Shown piece after piece: positions 13,067 to 22,507 of a stretch of 64,000 bases of DNA (within the stretch, counting starts at the first letter, position 1; every line of letters begins with the position of its first letter). A program made the position numbers and the translations under genes. The stretch spans positions 2,176,001 through 2,240,000 of the forward strand of contig OY969474.1 in NCBI GenBank assembly GCA_963700145.1. The letters are read 5' to 3'. The notes under the pieces are model-generated. The model was given only the letters and a program-made list of their open reading frames with translations. It did no database searches and was not told the origin of the DNA. This DNA comes from an uncultured Acidobacteriota bacterium. GTDB taxonomy: Bacteria; Acidobacteriota; Thermoanaerobaculia; Multivoradales; UBA5704.

Positions 13067-15502
13067 ATGGAGAGCTGGCTCACCGACCTGCGCTACGGGC
13101 TCCGCACCCTGGCCAAGAGCCCGGGCTTCACCCTCGTCGCGCTGCTCACCCTGGGGCTCGGGATCGGCGCCAACGCCGCGATCTTCAGCGTCGTCCAGGG
13201 CGTGCTGCTGCGCCCGCTCCCCTACCAGGAGCCCGAGCGGCTGGTCCGCGTCTTCCACACCCACGCCGAGCAGGGGGTGATGGACGGCGCCTTCTCGCCG
13301 CAGGACTTCGACGATCTGACGCGCGAGCTGGCGGGTCCCCGTGGCCCCTGGGAGCGTCTCGGCGCCTACTTCTTCACTCCCGGCCAATCGGGCATGACGC
13401 TGACCGGCGAGGGGGAGCCGCGGCGGCTGGAGGCGGCGATGGTCTCCGCCGGCTTCTTCACCGCCCTGGGCGTCGAGGCGGCGCGTGGCCGCACGCTGCG
13501 GCCGGAGGAGAACGTCCCCGGCGCCGACCGCGTCGTCCTGCTCTCCGACCGCCTCTGGCGGCGTTCCTTCGGCGCCGACCCGCGGATCGTCGGCGGCACC
13601 CTGCGCCTCGACGGCGAGGCCTACACGGTCGCCGGCGTCATGCCGCCGTCGTTCCAGTTCCCGGCCCGCGAGGTCGACCTCTGGGCGCCGATCTCGTTGA
13701 TCGGCGAGGACGACATCCCGCACCGCCGCTCCCTGCGCTGGATGCACGTCGTCGGGCGCCTGCGGCCGGGGACGAGCCTCGAGCGCGCCGACGTCCAGAC
13801 CGACGCCCTCCTGGCGCGCCTCGCCGCCGCCTACCCGGACAGCAACGAGGGCTGGAGCGCCGGGCGGGTGGTGCCGCTCCACGAGGCGCTGGTCGGCGAC
13901 GTGCGGCCGGCCCTGGTCGTGCTGCTGGCGGCGGTGGCGGGCGTGCTGCTCATCGCCTGCGCCAACCTCGCCAACCTCCTCCTCGCCCGCGCCACGACGC
14001 GCGGCCGCGAGCTCGCCGTCCGCGCCGCCCTCGGCGCGGCGCGCCGGCGGCTGGTGCGCCAGCTGCTGACCGAGAGCGTCCTGCTCGCCCTGGCCGGCGG
14101 CGTCCTCGGGCTCTTCCTCGCCGTCTGGGGGGTGGACGCCCTGGTGGCGCTGGCGGCCGGCGAGCTGCCGCGGCCGGACGAGGTGACCCCCGACGCCCGC
14201 GTCGTCGCCTTCACCTTCGCCGTCTCGCTGCTGACCGGGCTCGCCTTCGGCCTCCTCCCCGCGCTCCGCGCCTCGCGCCTGGCCGATCTCCACGCAGCGC
14301 TCAAAGAGGGCGGCCGTGGCGGCGGCGGCGGGCGCGGCCGCAGCCTGGCGCGCAACGGCCTGATCGTCGCCGAGACGGCGCTCGCCGTCGTCCTCCTCGT
14401 CGCCGCCGGCCTCATGCTGCGCAGCTTCTGGAGCCTCGTCCACGTCGACCCCGGCTTCCGCGCCGAGAACGTCTTGAGCCTCTCGCTGACCTTCCCCGAG
14501 TACCCCGAGCCGACCCAGCTCGCCGCCGCCCGCGACGAGGTGATCCGCCGCGTCGAGGAGCTGCCGGCGGTAATCGCCGCCGGCGCCAGCAAGACCCTGC
14601 CGCTCGAAGGGGGCGGCGAGCCGTACGGCTTCACCGTCCCGGGGCGGGCCGGAGCCCTGGCCGAGGTCCAGCCGCAGGCGGGGACCTTCATCGTCAGCCC
14701 CGGCTACTTCCGCGCCCTGGGGATCCCGCTCCTCGCCGGGCGGTCCTTCACCGCGCGCGACGACGACGGGGAGCGGCCCGTGGTGGTGGTCAACCGCGCC
14801 TTCGCCCGGCAGCTCTGGGGCGGGGAGGAGGCGGTCGGTAAGACCCTGCTCCTGGGCGAGATCCCGCTCGAGGTCGTCGGCGTCGTCGGCGACGTGCGCA
14901 GCGGGGGCCTCGCCGCCGAGCCCGGGAGCGCCGTCTACATCCCGCAGTCGCTGGCGCCGCGCTCGGACATGAAGCTCTTCCTGCGCACCGCGGCCGATCC
15001 GCTGGCCGTCGCCGGCGCCGTGCGCGAGGCGATCTGGAGCTTCGACCGCGACCTGCCGATCTCCGACGTCGCCGCGCTGGCCCAGGTGGTGGCGGAGGAC
15101 GTGGCGCGGCCGCGCTTCCTCACCACTCTGCTCGGGCTCTTCGGCGCCCTGGCGCTCACCCTCGCCGCCGTCGGCCTCTACGGCGTCGTCGCCTACGGCG
15201 TCGGCCAGCGCACGCACGAGATCGGGATCCGCATGGCGCTCGGGGCGCGGCGCGGGCAGGTGCTGCGCAACGTCGTCGGCCAGGGGATGCGCTGGACGCT
15301 CCTCGGCCTCGCGCTGGGCCTCGCCGGCGCCTTCGCCGCCACGCGCCTCCTCGCCGGGCTCCTCTTCGGCGTCGCGCCGACCGACGCCGCCACCTTCGCC
15401 GGCGTGGCGCTGCTCCTCGCAACCGCGGCGGCCCTGGCGAGCTGGCTGCCGGCGAGGCGGGCGGCGGCGACCGACCCGCTCACCGCCCTGAGGAGCGAGT
15501 AG
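13067..15502 (+). CDS. ADOP-family duplicated ABC permease
   Basis: Same ADOP motifs. Confidence 0.95.
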   Translation: MESWLTDLRYGLRTLAKSPGFTLVALLTLGLGIGANAAIFSVVQGVLLRPLPYQEPERLVRVFHTHAEQGVMDGAFSPQDFDDLTRELAGPRGPWERLGAYFFTPGQSGMTLTGEGEPRRLEAAMVSAGFFTALGVEAARGRTLRPEENVPGADRVVLLSDRLWRRSFGADPRIVGGTLRLDGEAYTVAGVMPPSFQFPAREVDLWAPISLIGEDDIPHRRSLRWMHVVGRLRPGTSLERADVQTDALLARLAAAYPDSNEGWSAGRVVPLHEALVGDVRPALVVLLAAVAGVLLIACANLANLLLARATTRGRELAVRAALGAARRRLVRQLLTESVLLALAGGVLGLFLAVWGVDALVALAAGELPRPDEVTPDARVVAFTFAVSLLTGLAFGLLPALRASRLADLHAALKEGGRGGGGGRGRSLARNGLIVAETALAVVLLVAAGLMLRSFWSLVHVDPGFRAENVLSLSLTFPEYPEPTQLAAARDEVIRRVEELPAVIAAGASKTLPLEGGGEPYGFTVPGRAGALAEVQPQAGTFIVSPGYFRALGIPLLAGRSFTARDDDGERPVVVVNRAFARQLWGGEEAVGKTLLLGEIPLEVVGVVGDVRSGGLAAEPGSAVYIPQSLAPRSDMKLFLRTAADPLAVAGAVREAIWSFDRDLPISDVAALAQVVAEDVARPRFLTTLLGLFGALALTLAAVGLYGVVAYGVGQRTHEIGIRMALGARRGQVLRNVVGQGMRWTLLGLALGLAGAFAATRLLAGLLFGVAPTDAATFAGVALLLATAAALASWLPARRAAATDPLTALRSE

Positions 15503-15503
15503 C

Positions 15504-16190
15504 GTGATCCGCCTGCGCAACGTCGAGCGCGCCTACCGCACGGGGCCGCTCACCACCTACGTCCTGCGGCGCATCGACCTCGACGTCGCCGAGGGGGAGT
15601 TCGTCACCGTCATGGGCCCCTCGGGGTCGGGCAAGACGACGCTCCTCTCCATCCTCGGCATGCTCGACGGCGCCTGGACCGGCGAGTACCACCTCCGCGA
15701 CCAGGCCGTGCACACGCTCCCCCAGAAGCGGCGGCAGGAGCTCGCCAAGCAGGAGATCGGCTTCGTCTTCCAGAGCTACCACCTGCTCGACAACCTGACC
15801 GTCTACGAGAACCTGGAGCTCCCCCTCTCCTACCGCTCCATCCCCAAGAGCCAGCGCCAGGCGATGGTCGCCGAGGCCCTCGACCGCTTCCAGATCGTCG
15901 GCAAGAAGGACCTCTTCCCCAGCCAGCTCTCCGGCGGCCAGCAGCAGCTCGTCGGCGTGGCGCGGGCGGTGATCGGCAACCCGGCGCTGCTCCTCGCCGA
16001 CGAGCCCACCGGCAACCTCCATTCCGCCCAAGCCGAAGAGATCATGAAACTCTTCAAGCGCCTGAACGACGAAGGCACCACGATCATCCAGGTGACGCAC
16101 TCCGAGAAGAACGCCGAGTACGGGAACCGGGTGGTGCAGCTGCTGGACGGGTGGATCGCGGGCGAAGGCGAGGGAGAGCGCGGTCGATGA
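15504..16190 (+). CDS. ABC transporter ATP-binding protein
   Basis: GPSGSGKT, LSGGQQQ, LLADEPTGNL, VTH. Confidence 0.95.
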   Translation: MIRLRNVERAYRTGPLTTYVLRRIDLDVAEGEFVTVMGPSGSGKTTLLSILGMLDGAWTGEYHLRDQAVHTLPQKRRQELAKQEIGFVFQSYHLLDNLTVYENLELPLSYRSIPKSQRQAMVAEALDRFQIVGKKDLFPSQLSGGQQQLVGVARAVIGNPALLLADEPTGNLHSAQAEEIMKLFKRLNDEGTTIIQVTHSEKNAEYGNRVVQLLDGWIAGEGEGERGR

Positions 16191-16232
16191 TTACCAAGGT
16201 GTTCAGCGTCGGTATGACGGTTTCTCCTTGAG

Positions 16233-16484
16233 TTGTCGAGAGGGTATCGACCGCTGAACCAGGGGTATCAGCGGCTGATACGGAGGTATCGGCCCGTGAT
16301 ACGCGGGTATCAGGGCTCGATACGGGGGTGGCGGCGCCTGATACGGAGGTATCAGCGCTTGATACCTAGGTAGCAGCGTCTGATACGGAGGTATCTGCGC
16401 CCGATACCTAGGTAGCAGCGCCTGATACAAGGGGTTCAGCGGCTGATACGGAGGTATCAGGGTTCGATACGGAGGTATCAAGCT
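16233..16484. repeat. Tandem array of 12 degenerate 21-bp palindromic units (consensus CTGATACGGAGGTATCAGCGC)
   Basis: Units start every 21 bp from 16233 to 16464 without indels; each core is CTGATAC-GGAG-GTATCAG. Confidence 0.9.
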
Positions 16485-16585
16485 CTGATGCCAGCTTTTC
16501 GTCCTCCGCAGAGGACTCCCCTCGCCCAGATCCTTGCAGCGGCGCCCTGTAATGGGCGCCGCTACCCGAGACGTCGCCTAGCGGG

Positions 16586-17845
16586 TCACTTCAGCGTCTC
16601 CAGCATCTCCTTCGCCTGCGCCGCGTCGGAGTCGTTGGGGGCGAGCTCGAGGAACTTGGTGAGGTGCTCGCGGGCCTTGGCGTTTTCGCTGGTCGAGGCG
16701 TAGCAGAGGCCCAGCATGTAGTGGGACTTGGGGTGGTTAGCGTCCTTGGCGAGGGCGCGGTCGAAGGCTTCCTTGGCGGCGGCGACGTTGGCGGCGTTGT
16801 AGAGCGCCACGCCCTGGCGGTAGAAGTCGTCGGCGGTCATATCGGCCTGGGCGGCCTCCATCGCCGTCTTGGCCTCGGCCGCCTTGGCCTTGTCGCCGAG
16901 GAGGCGGTAGGCCTCGGAGCGCACCGTCATCGCCTCCAGGCTCTTGGGGTTGGCCGCGAGGTGGCGCTCGGCGAGCTCCGCCGCTTCCTTGTACTGCTTC
17001 TTCGACAGGTAGATGCCGGCGAGCGACGAGTACGCCTGCTCGAGCGTCGGATCGATCTCGAGCGCCTCGCGGATGCGCGCCGCCGCGCCGTCCATGTCGC
17101 CGTTGCGCGCCGCCGTCGCCCCGAGGTTGAAGACCCGCACCGCGGTCTCGCGGTCCTTGACCTGCGCGGTCAGGTCCTTGAGCGCCGCCTCCGCCTTCTC
17201 CTTCTGCCCGCCCTCGTTGTAGGCGTCGTAGCGGTTGCGCAGCGCCACCGCGTTGGCCGGCTCGAGCGCCAGCGCCTTCTCGGCGGCGGCGGCGGCCTCG
17301 GCGTGCTGCTTCTTGTCGAGGTAGAGGCCGGAGAGGGTGAGCGGCGCCGCCACCAGCTTCGGGTCGAGCTGCGCCGCCTCCTCGAACTTGGCGATGGCGG
17401 TGGCGTGGTCGCCGGCGTTGAAGGCGACGACGCCGGCGTTGTAGGCGGTGATCGCCTGCCCGGTCCCCTCCTCCACCGCCGGCCCCTCCGGGGCCGCCGC
17501 TGGCGGCGCGGTCCGCGCCAGGGTGTAGCCGACGCGGATAGTCTCTTGGAGCTTGACGTCGAGCGGCGCCTCGAAGGGCTGGTAGCCCTCCTTCTCCAGG
17601 CGGATCATGTACTTGCGCGTGGCGTCGAGGATCAGCAGGCTGAACTTCCCCTTCTTGTCGCTCTTCTTCTCCTGCGAGTACTTGAACTCGGGGCTGGTGA
17701 CGGTGATCTTGACGTCGGCCAGCGGCTGGGCGGCGTCGTCTTCGACGGTGCCGAGGACGCGCCCTTCGCCGGCGGCGTGGAGGGCCAGGGGGAGGAGGGC
17801 GGCGGCGAGGAGCGCCGCGAGCGCGGCGCGACGGATGCGGTTCAT
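16586..17845 (-). CDS. Secreted TPR protein with N-terminal carboxypeptidase-regulatory-like domain
   Basis: Start MNRIRR at 17845; signal peptide, G.V.D...PL..V.I domain, multiple TPRs. Confidence 0.85.
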   Translation of the reverse strand: MNRIRRAALAALLAAALLPLALHAAGEGRVLGTVEDDAAQPLADVKITVTSPEFKYSQEKKSDKKGKFSLLILDATRKYMIRLEKEGYQPFEAPLDVKLQETIRVGYTLARTAPPAAAPEGPAVEEGTGQAITAYNAGVVAFNAGDHATAIAKFEEAAQLDPKLVAAPLTLSGLYLDKKQHAEAAAAAEKALALEPANAVALRNRYDAYNEGGQKEKAEAALKDLTAQVKDRETAVRVFNLGATAARNGDMDGAAARIREALEIDPTLEQAYSSLAGIYLSKKQYKEAAELAERHLAANPKSLEAMTVRSEAYRLLGDKAKAAEAKTAMEAAQADMTADDFYRQGVALYNAANVAAAKEAFDRALAKDANHPKSHYMLGLCYASTSENAKAREHLTKFLELAPNDSDAAQAKEMLETLK

Positions 17846-18017
17846 GGCTCGGTGCCTCTCGTGCGGTTCTGGGTGGCGCCGGGGCGGCGGACCGCCCGGC
17901 AGTTTCGAGGCGCGGATTCTACAGCCCGCCCCGGCTGTCACGTCTTCGGTGCCCGGCGGGCACTTCCTTTTGAGGGGATGCGGGGAGCCGGGACCCACCC
18001 CGCGGAAAGGAACGCCC

Positions 18018-18767
18018 ATGAAAGGCGCACGCGCAGGCAGCATCCTGGCGGTCTTCGTCCTGGCTTTCGGGCTCGCCGGCTCGGCCTGGAGCCTGGACCA
18101 TTTCGTGGTCTACGAGGTCAAGCGGGTGGCGGCCAACTTCGGGGTCAGCCTGACCGACCAGTTCGCCCCCGCCGCCAAGGACGCGAAGACCGAGGCGTTG
18201 ACCCGCTTCTCGAACCCGACCCGCAAGGTCCACGGCGCCACCGCGATCGGGGTCTCGGACATCAACGCCCACCTGAGCTGGTACACGATCAACCAGCCGC
18301 AGGTCGAGCCGCGCCGGACGGTGCGCTTCCGCAACCAGTTCGGGCAGCACAGCGTGGACATCAAGACGCCGCGCTTCCTGCTCGTCCCGGCGCAGAAGAC
18401 CAGCCACGCCGGCAGCGCCTTCCCCGAGAAGCTCGACCATTACAAGTGCTACGAGGTCATCCGGATCAACACGGCGCCGCCGCTGCCGGTCGTCAAGCTG
18501 CGCGACCAGTTCGGCCAGCAGCCGGCGGCGCAGGTCGGCAAGCCCCGCTTCTTCTGCAACCCGGTGGTCAAGAAGCGCGCGGGGCAGCGCCCCAAGGCGA
18601 TCGTCAACAAGGTCGATCACCTCGCCGTCTACGCCATGCCGCTGCTGCCGAAGCCGACGCGGATCAGGGTGAAGGACCAGTTCGGCGAGCGCGCCCTGGA
18701 GGTGGTCCAGCGCGTCCTGCTCACCGTGCCGACCGAGAAGCAGGTCGCGGTGGCGCACCAGAACTGA
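18018..18767 (+). CDS. Hypothetical secreted protein with four internal HxxxY...[DN]QFG...PxxK repeats
   Basis: Start MKGARAG with RBS AAAGGA; signal peptide; paralogue of 20160-20837. Confidence 0.8.
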   Translation: MKGARAGSILAVFVLAFGLAGSAWSLDHFVVYEVKRVAANFGVSLTDQFAPAAKDAKTEALTRFSNPTRKVHGATAIGVSDINAHLSWYTINQPQVEPRRTVRFRNQFGQHSVDIKTPRFLLVPAQKTSHAGSAFPEKLDHYKCYEVIRINTAPPLPVVKLRDQFGQQPAAQVGKPRFFCNPVVKKRAGQRPKAIVNKVDHLAVYAMPLLPKPTRIRVKDQFGERALEVVQRVLLTVPTEKQVAVAHQN

Positions 18768-18791
18768 CCGCCGGGGGCCGCGCCGGCGGAC

Positions 18792-19082
18792 CTAGCGGAG
18801 GCCGCCCTGGGTGAGCGGCGGGGCGCCGGTCGAATCGAAGTCCGGCTCCTGCCGCTCCTCGACCCGCTCGAGCTTGCCCTTGACCTCTGCCACGAGGCCG
18901 TGCGTCTTGTTGCTCAGGTGCTCGGAGGTGCCGCGCAGCTTCCGCTGCGTCGCCTTGCCGTAGTGCACCGCCTTGTCGCGCACCAGCGCCCGCCGGCGGC
19001 GGCCCTTGTCCGGATCGAGCAGGAACATCAGCCCGGCCCCCAGGCCGAGGCCGCTCAAGAGCGTCCATTGCTGTTTCGTCAT
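18792..19082 (-). CDS. YtxH-like small membrane-anchored protein
   Basis: GLGLGAGLMFLLDPDKGRRRRALVRDK motif; RBS GGAGG. Confidence 0.75.
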   Translation of the reverse strand: MTKQQWTLLSGLGLGAGLMFLLDPDKGRRRRALVRDKAVHYGKATQRKLRGTSEHLSNKTHGLVAEVKGKLERVEERQEPDFDSTGAPPLTQGGLR

Positions 19083-19170
19083 GGTGTCCTCCTTGGGTCT
19101 CTTGGTGGCGTCACGCGCCGGGGGTTCTAGCGGTGCAAGGCGCGTACCGGTCCGGGGGCTGACGGCGCGC

Positions 19171-19683
19171 TCAGCTCGGGATGAATTCAGTGCGGAGAAT
19201 CTCGATCTCCGCATCGGATGGTGGACGAACCGGGTAGATGACCAGGTTCGTGCCGCCCGATCGCCGCGCCGACGGAACCAGAAGACCGCCGCAGCCGAGG
19301 AAGGCGACGCCGCCGCCGACCTCTTGGCAGAGGCGATAGTCGTCAGGGTCCTGAAGGCGCTCCGGAGTCAGTCCGAGCTCTGCGAGAAGCTCGGGCGCGC
19401 GAAAGTCGACCACGCGCGAGGCGCGGACGCGCAACTCGTAGAGTGTCCGCCCCTTGCTGGGCCTCACTGGGTAGAGCGCCATCCTGAACTCGGCCTCGGC
19501 CAGCGCGGTCTCGCGTTCGAGGCTCGTATAGATCGCCGCCGTCCCCTTGGGGTTCCAGCGCGCACCGCCGGTGTTCTCGAGCGTCGGCTGCAGCCGGGCG
19601 AACATGTGCCGGTAGACGACACCCACCCAGTCCTTTGGATCTAGTTGTTCGAGCCGGTCGAGAAGCTGTGGCGGATAGGCCAC
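19171..19683 (-). CDS. RES-domain toxin (NAD+ phosphorylase family)
   Basis: GARWN, YTS...ALAE and LVPSAR..G.NLVIYP supply the R, E and S residues. Confidence 0.9.
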   Translation of the reverse strand: MAYPPQLLDRLEQLDPKDWVGVVYRHMFARLQPTLENTGGARWNPKGTAAIYTSLERETALAEAEFRMALYPVRPSKGRTLYELRVRASRVVDFRAPELLAELGLTPERLQDPDDYRLCQEVGGGVAFLGCGGLLVPSARRSGGTNLVIYPVRPPSDAEIEILRTEFIPS

Positions 19684-19687
19684 GGCC

Positions 19688-20026
19688 TCATGCGTAGGTG
19701 CCGTCGCGGAGCTGCTCGAAGATCGTCAAGACGTCCTCGAACTCGCCGCGCTGGATCTTGTCCGCGGGTGTCTCACCCTGCAGCAGCCGATGAGGAGAGA
19801 AGAGCCAGAGTTTCGCCTCTTCCGGGGTATAGAACTGCGCCAGCTCGTCCATCAGCCATTCGAGGGTGAGCAGGCGCTTCAACCGATCCCGCTGCGGCTC
19901 GACCCTGCCGGTGCTCCACCGCGAAACGGTTTCCGGCGTCGTGTCGAGGAGCTGTGCCACGTCCCGGCTCCTGATTCCACCCAGGGTCTTGATCCGGTCC
20001 AGGCGGGCGGCGAGAGGAGTCGGCAT
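19688..20026 (-). CDS. Xre/MbcA/ParS-type antitoxin
   Basis: HTH (VAQLLDTTPETVSRW) and WLFSPHRLL.GETP C-terminal domain; lies upstream of the RES toxin. Confidence 0.9.
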   Translation of the reverse strand: MPTPLAARLDRIKTLGGIRSRDVAQLLDTTPETVSRWSTGRVEPQRDRLKRLLTLEWLMDELAQFYTPEEAKLWLFSPHRLLQGETPADKIQRGEFEDVLTIFEQLRDGTYA

Positions 20027-20032
20027 AGTCAG

Positions 20033-20080
20033 CTTGACACGTCTGTTGACAGTGTCGTTGACGAAACGACCGATGTCAAG
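20033..20080. promoter_or_regulatory. Putative autoregulatory operator of the RES-Xre pair
   Basis: TTGAC at 20034, 20046 and 20058 (12-bp period) plus inverted TGTCAAG ending at 20080, directly upstream of the antitoxin ATG. Confidence 0.5.
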
Positions 20081-20159
20081 GGAGCTTGGGCCGGGCTTCG
20101 TCCCATCTACGGGGCGCCGGTGTAACTACCTTGTAGAGATTCCTGAAAGGAGCGGTCCC

Positions 20160-20837
20160 ATGAGCCTGGAACACTTCCACGTCTACGAGGTGCAGAAGGT
20201 CGACGTACCCGTCGCTCTCGCCCTGACCGACCAGTTCGATCCGGCCGCCAAGGACGGGAAGCTGGAGACGCTGACCCATTTCGCCAACCCCGCCCGCAAG
20301 ATCCACGGCGGCGGAAAGTTCGGCATCGACTACCCCGAGCGGCACCTCACCTTCTACACCCTCAAGCAGGCGCAGCCCGAGCCGCGCCGCACGGTGCGCT
20401 TCCGCAACCAGTTCGGGCAGCACAGCGTCGACATCCGGGACCCGAGCTTCCTGCTGGTCCCGACCCAGAAGACCAGCGCCGGCCACCCCTTCCCCGACTC
20501 GCTCGACCACTACAAGTGCTACGAGGTCGTCCAGGTCAACACGGCGCCGCCGCCGCCGGTGGTGGAGATCGGCGACCAGTTCGGCCTACGGCAGAACGTG
20601 CAGGTGGGCCAGCCGCGTTACTTCTGCACCCCCGTCAAGAAGGAGCGGGAGGGCGAGAAGCCGACGCCGATCCAGAACGACGTCGATCACCTCGCGATCT
20701 ACGACCTGCCGCCGCAGGCGCAGCAGGTGTCGATCAAGACGACGGACCAGTTCGGTGACCACGAGCTGGACGTCCTCCAGAGTGTCCTGCTGATCGTGCC
20801 GACCGAGAAGCAGGTCGTGGTGGCGCACGAGAATTAG
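20160..20837 (+). CDS. Hypothetical protein, signal-peptide-less paralogue of 18018-18767
   Basis: Start MSLEHF with RBS AAAGGAG; shares EPRRTVRFRNQFGQHSVDI, LDHYKCYEV and VPTEKQV. Confidence 0.8.
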   Translation: MSLEHFHVYEVQKVDVPVALALTDQFDPAAKDGKLETLTHFANPARKIHGGGKFGIDYPERHLTFYTLKQAQPEPRRTVRFRNQFGQHSVDIRDPSFLLVPTQKTSAGHPFPDSLDHYKCYEVVQVNTAPPPPVVEIGDQFGLRQNVQVGQPRYFCTPVKKEREGEKPTPIQNDVDHLAIYDLPPQAQQVSIKTTDQFGDHELDVLQSVLLIVPTEKQVVVAHEN

Positions 20838-22429
20838 GACGAGCCCCAGGGCCGCGAGATGACGCAGGCGTTGATGCCGCCGACGCCCATGGAGAGCTTG
20901 CCGACCGGGCCCTGGGGGGCGGGGCAGGCCTGGTCGAAGACGAAGCGGTCGTGGACGCCGGCGATCTCGCGGTTGAGCTCGTCGCGCGCCAAGGGGGTGG
21001 GGAAGATCTTGCCGCGCTCGTAGCCCAGGTACTGGGCGGTCAGCTCCCAGCCGCCGCAGGCGCCCATGCCGTGGCCGAAGGTGCCCTTGCGGGCGGTGAC
21101 CAGGACGCGGTCGGAGAGCGCCGAGCGCAGGTTGTCGACCTCCAGGTAGTCGCCCGGGGTGGCGGTGGCGTGGAGGTCCCAGGAGACGACCTCCTCGGGG
21201 GCGACCTCGGCGCCGGCGAGGGCCTGCTCGATGGCGGCGAGCGGCCCCTCGCGCGAGGGGGTGATGATGTGGTCGGCGTCCGAGGAGACGCCGACGGTCA
21301 GCGGTTCGAGCCCCAGCGGCTTGAAGCCGCGTGCCGCCATGTGCTCGACCTCGCCGACGATCCAGATGGCCGCCCCGCCGGCGACGTGGGTGCCGCGCAG
21401 GCCGGTCAGGGGCTTCGAGACCGTGCCGTCGGCGGCGATCACCCGCGCGCTGTGGAAGGCGGCCACGACGAGCGGGTGCGGCGGCCCCTCGCTGGCGCCG
21501 ATGACGACCGCCTTGGCCTCGCCGCGGCGGATGGCGTCCATGGCGCACTTGAGCGTCAGGCCGAAGGTCGAGCAGGCGCCGACCGGCGCGTAGGCGAGGC
21601 CGGTGATCCGCCCGAGCATCGAGATCTGCGCCGCCGGCGTGTTGTGGATGTTCCACAGGACGTTGGCCGAGACCTGCCGCCAGGGGGGGTCGGGCGCTTC
21701 CCACTTCCGCTGCAGCTGGCCGTAGAGGCGCTGCTTCTGCTTCATCACCCGGAGCTTGCCGGACTCGACCTGCCCCTCGACGGTCAGCGACTCGATCTTC
21801 TGCAGCTCCTCGAGGTAGGCGGCGAGGTCGGGCGAGCGCGCCGCCCAGTGGTGCCACCAAGCGTCCTCGGCCTCCAGGCGCTCGCCGTCGGGCACGGCGT
21901 CGGGCGCGATCGGCACCTCCGGGTCGGGGTCGCCGCCCGCCCCGAGCGCCGCCAGGTAGTCGCGCAGCGGCGGGTTGCGCTCGGGGTCCGCCCAGAAGCG
22001 GTCCCAGCGGCGCTGCGCGCGGTAGAGGCGGAGCGAGGAGGCGTGGAGGGTGTGGACGTTGCCGATGCCGGTGCCGATGTAGACGTGGGCTTCCTGGCGC
22101 AGGCGCGTCAGCTCCTCCTCGATCCCCGGGTTCTGCCCCAGGGCCTGGACGAAGGCGCCGATGGCGTACAGAGTGAGGGGGTCCATCTTCTCCTGGAGCT
22201 GGCTGAAGCGGCTGGGCGGGAAGCGCTCCTCGATCCAGCCCTTGTAGACGGAGAAGTCGAACTCCGGCGTGCCGACCAGGAAGTTGGCCGGCCCGAAGCC
22301 CTGGAAGGGGGCGAGCCAGCTCGCCGAGCACTCCAGGTTCTTGGCGAAGGCCTCGACGTCGGGCGAGCGGGGGGCCACGACGCCCCAGCCGTAGACGCCG
22401 ACCCGCTTCAGCTCTCCAGGGGGGGGCAC
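20834..22429 (-). CDS. Stand-alone beta-ketoacyl synthase (FabF-like) with an internal insertion
   Basis: Cys-His-His triad in GACSTFG, DLHATAT and KGTFGHGMGA; C-terminal SMGVGGINA. Confidence 0.85.
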   Translation of the reverse strand: MPPPGELKRVGVYGWGVVAPRSPDVEAFAKNLECSASWLAPFQGFGPANFLVGTPEFDFSVYKGWIEERFPPSRFSQLQEKMDPLTLYAIGAFVQALGQNPGIEEELTRLRQEAHVYIGTGIGNVHTLHASSLRLYRAQRRWDRFWADPERNPPLRDYLAALGAGGDPDPEVPIAPDAVPDGERLEAEDAWWHHWAARSPDLAAYLEELQKIESLTVEGQVESGKLRVMKQKQRLYGQLQRKWEAPDPPWRQVSANVLWNIHNTPAAQISMLGRITGLAYAPVGACSTFGLTLKCAMDAIRRGEAKAVVIGASEGPPHPLVVAAFHSARVIAADGTVSKPLTGLRGTHVAGGAAIWIVGEVEHMAARGFKPLGLEPLTVGVSSDADHIITPSREGPLAAIEQALAGAEVAPEEVVSWDLHATATPGDYLEVDNLRSALSDRVLVTARKGTFGHGMGACGGWELTAQYLGYERGKIFPTPLARDELNREIAGVHDRFVFDQACPAPQGPVGKLSMGVGGINACVISRPWGSS

Positions 22430-22507
22430 CGGGGTATTCTAGAGGAGCCGCGGGCGGCACCGAATTTGCCTGGTGCGCTCCACGAGGCCGTGCAGCGGGC
22501 GGGTGCC

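Noticed and set aside
11104-15520. Very long alternative-frame ORFs (1245 aa, 1407 aa and many similar across the window)
   Set aside because: Arg/Pro/Gly-rich or antisense shadows of real genes, expected at this GC content, with no recognisable domains.
16233-16484. CRISPR array
   Set aside because: Units abut with only 3-bp linkers, there are no unique spacers, and no cas genes are in the window. The same applies to 46279-46404.
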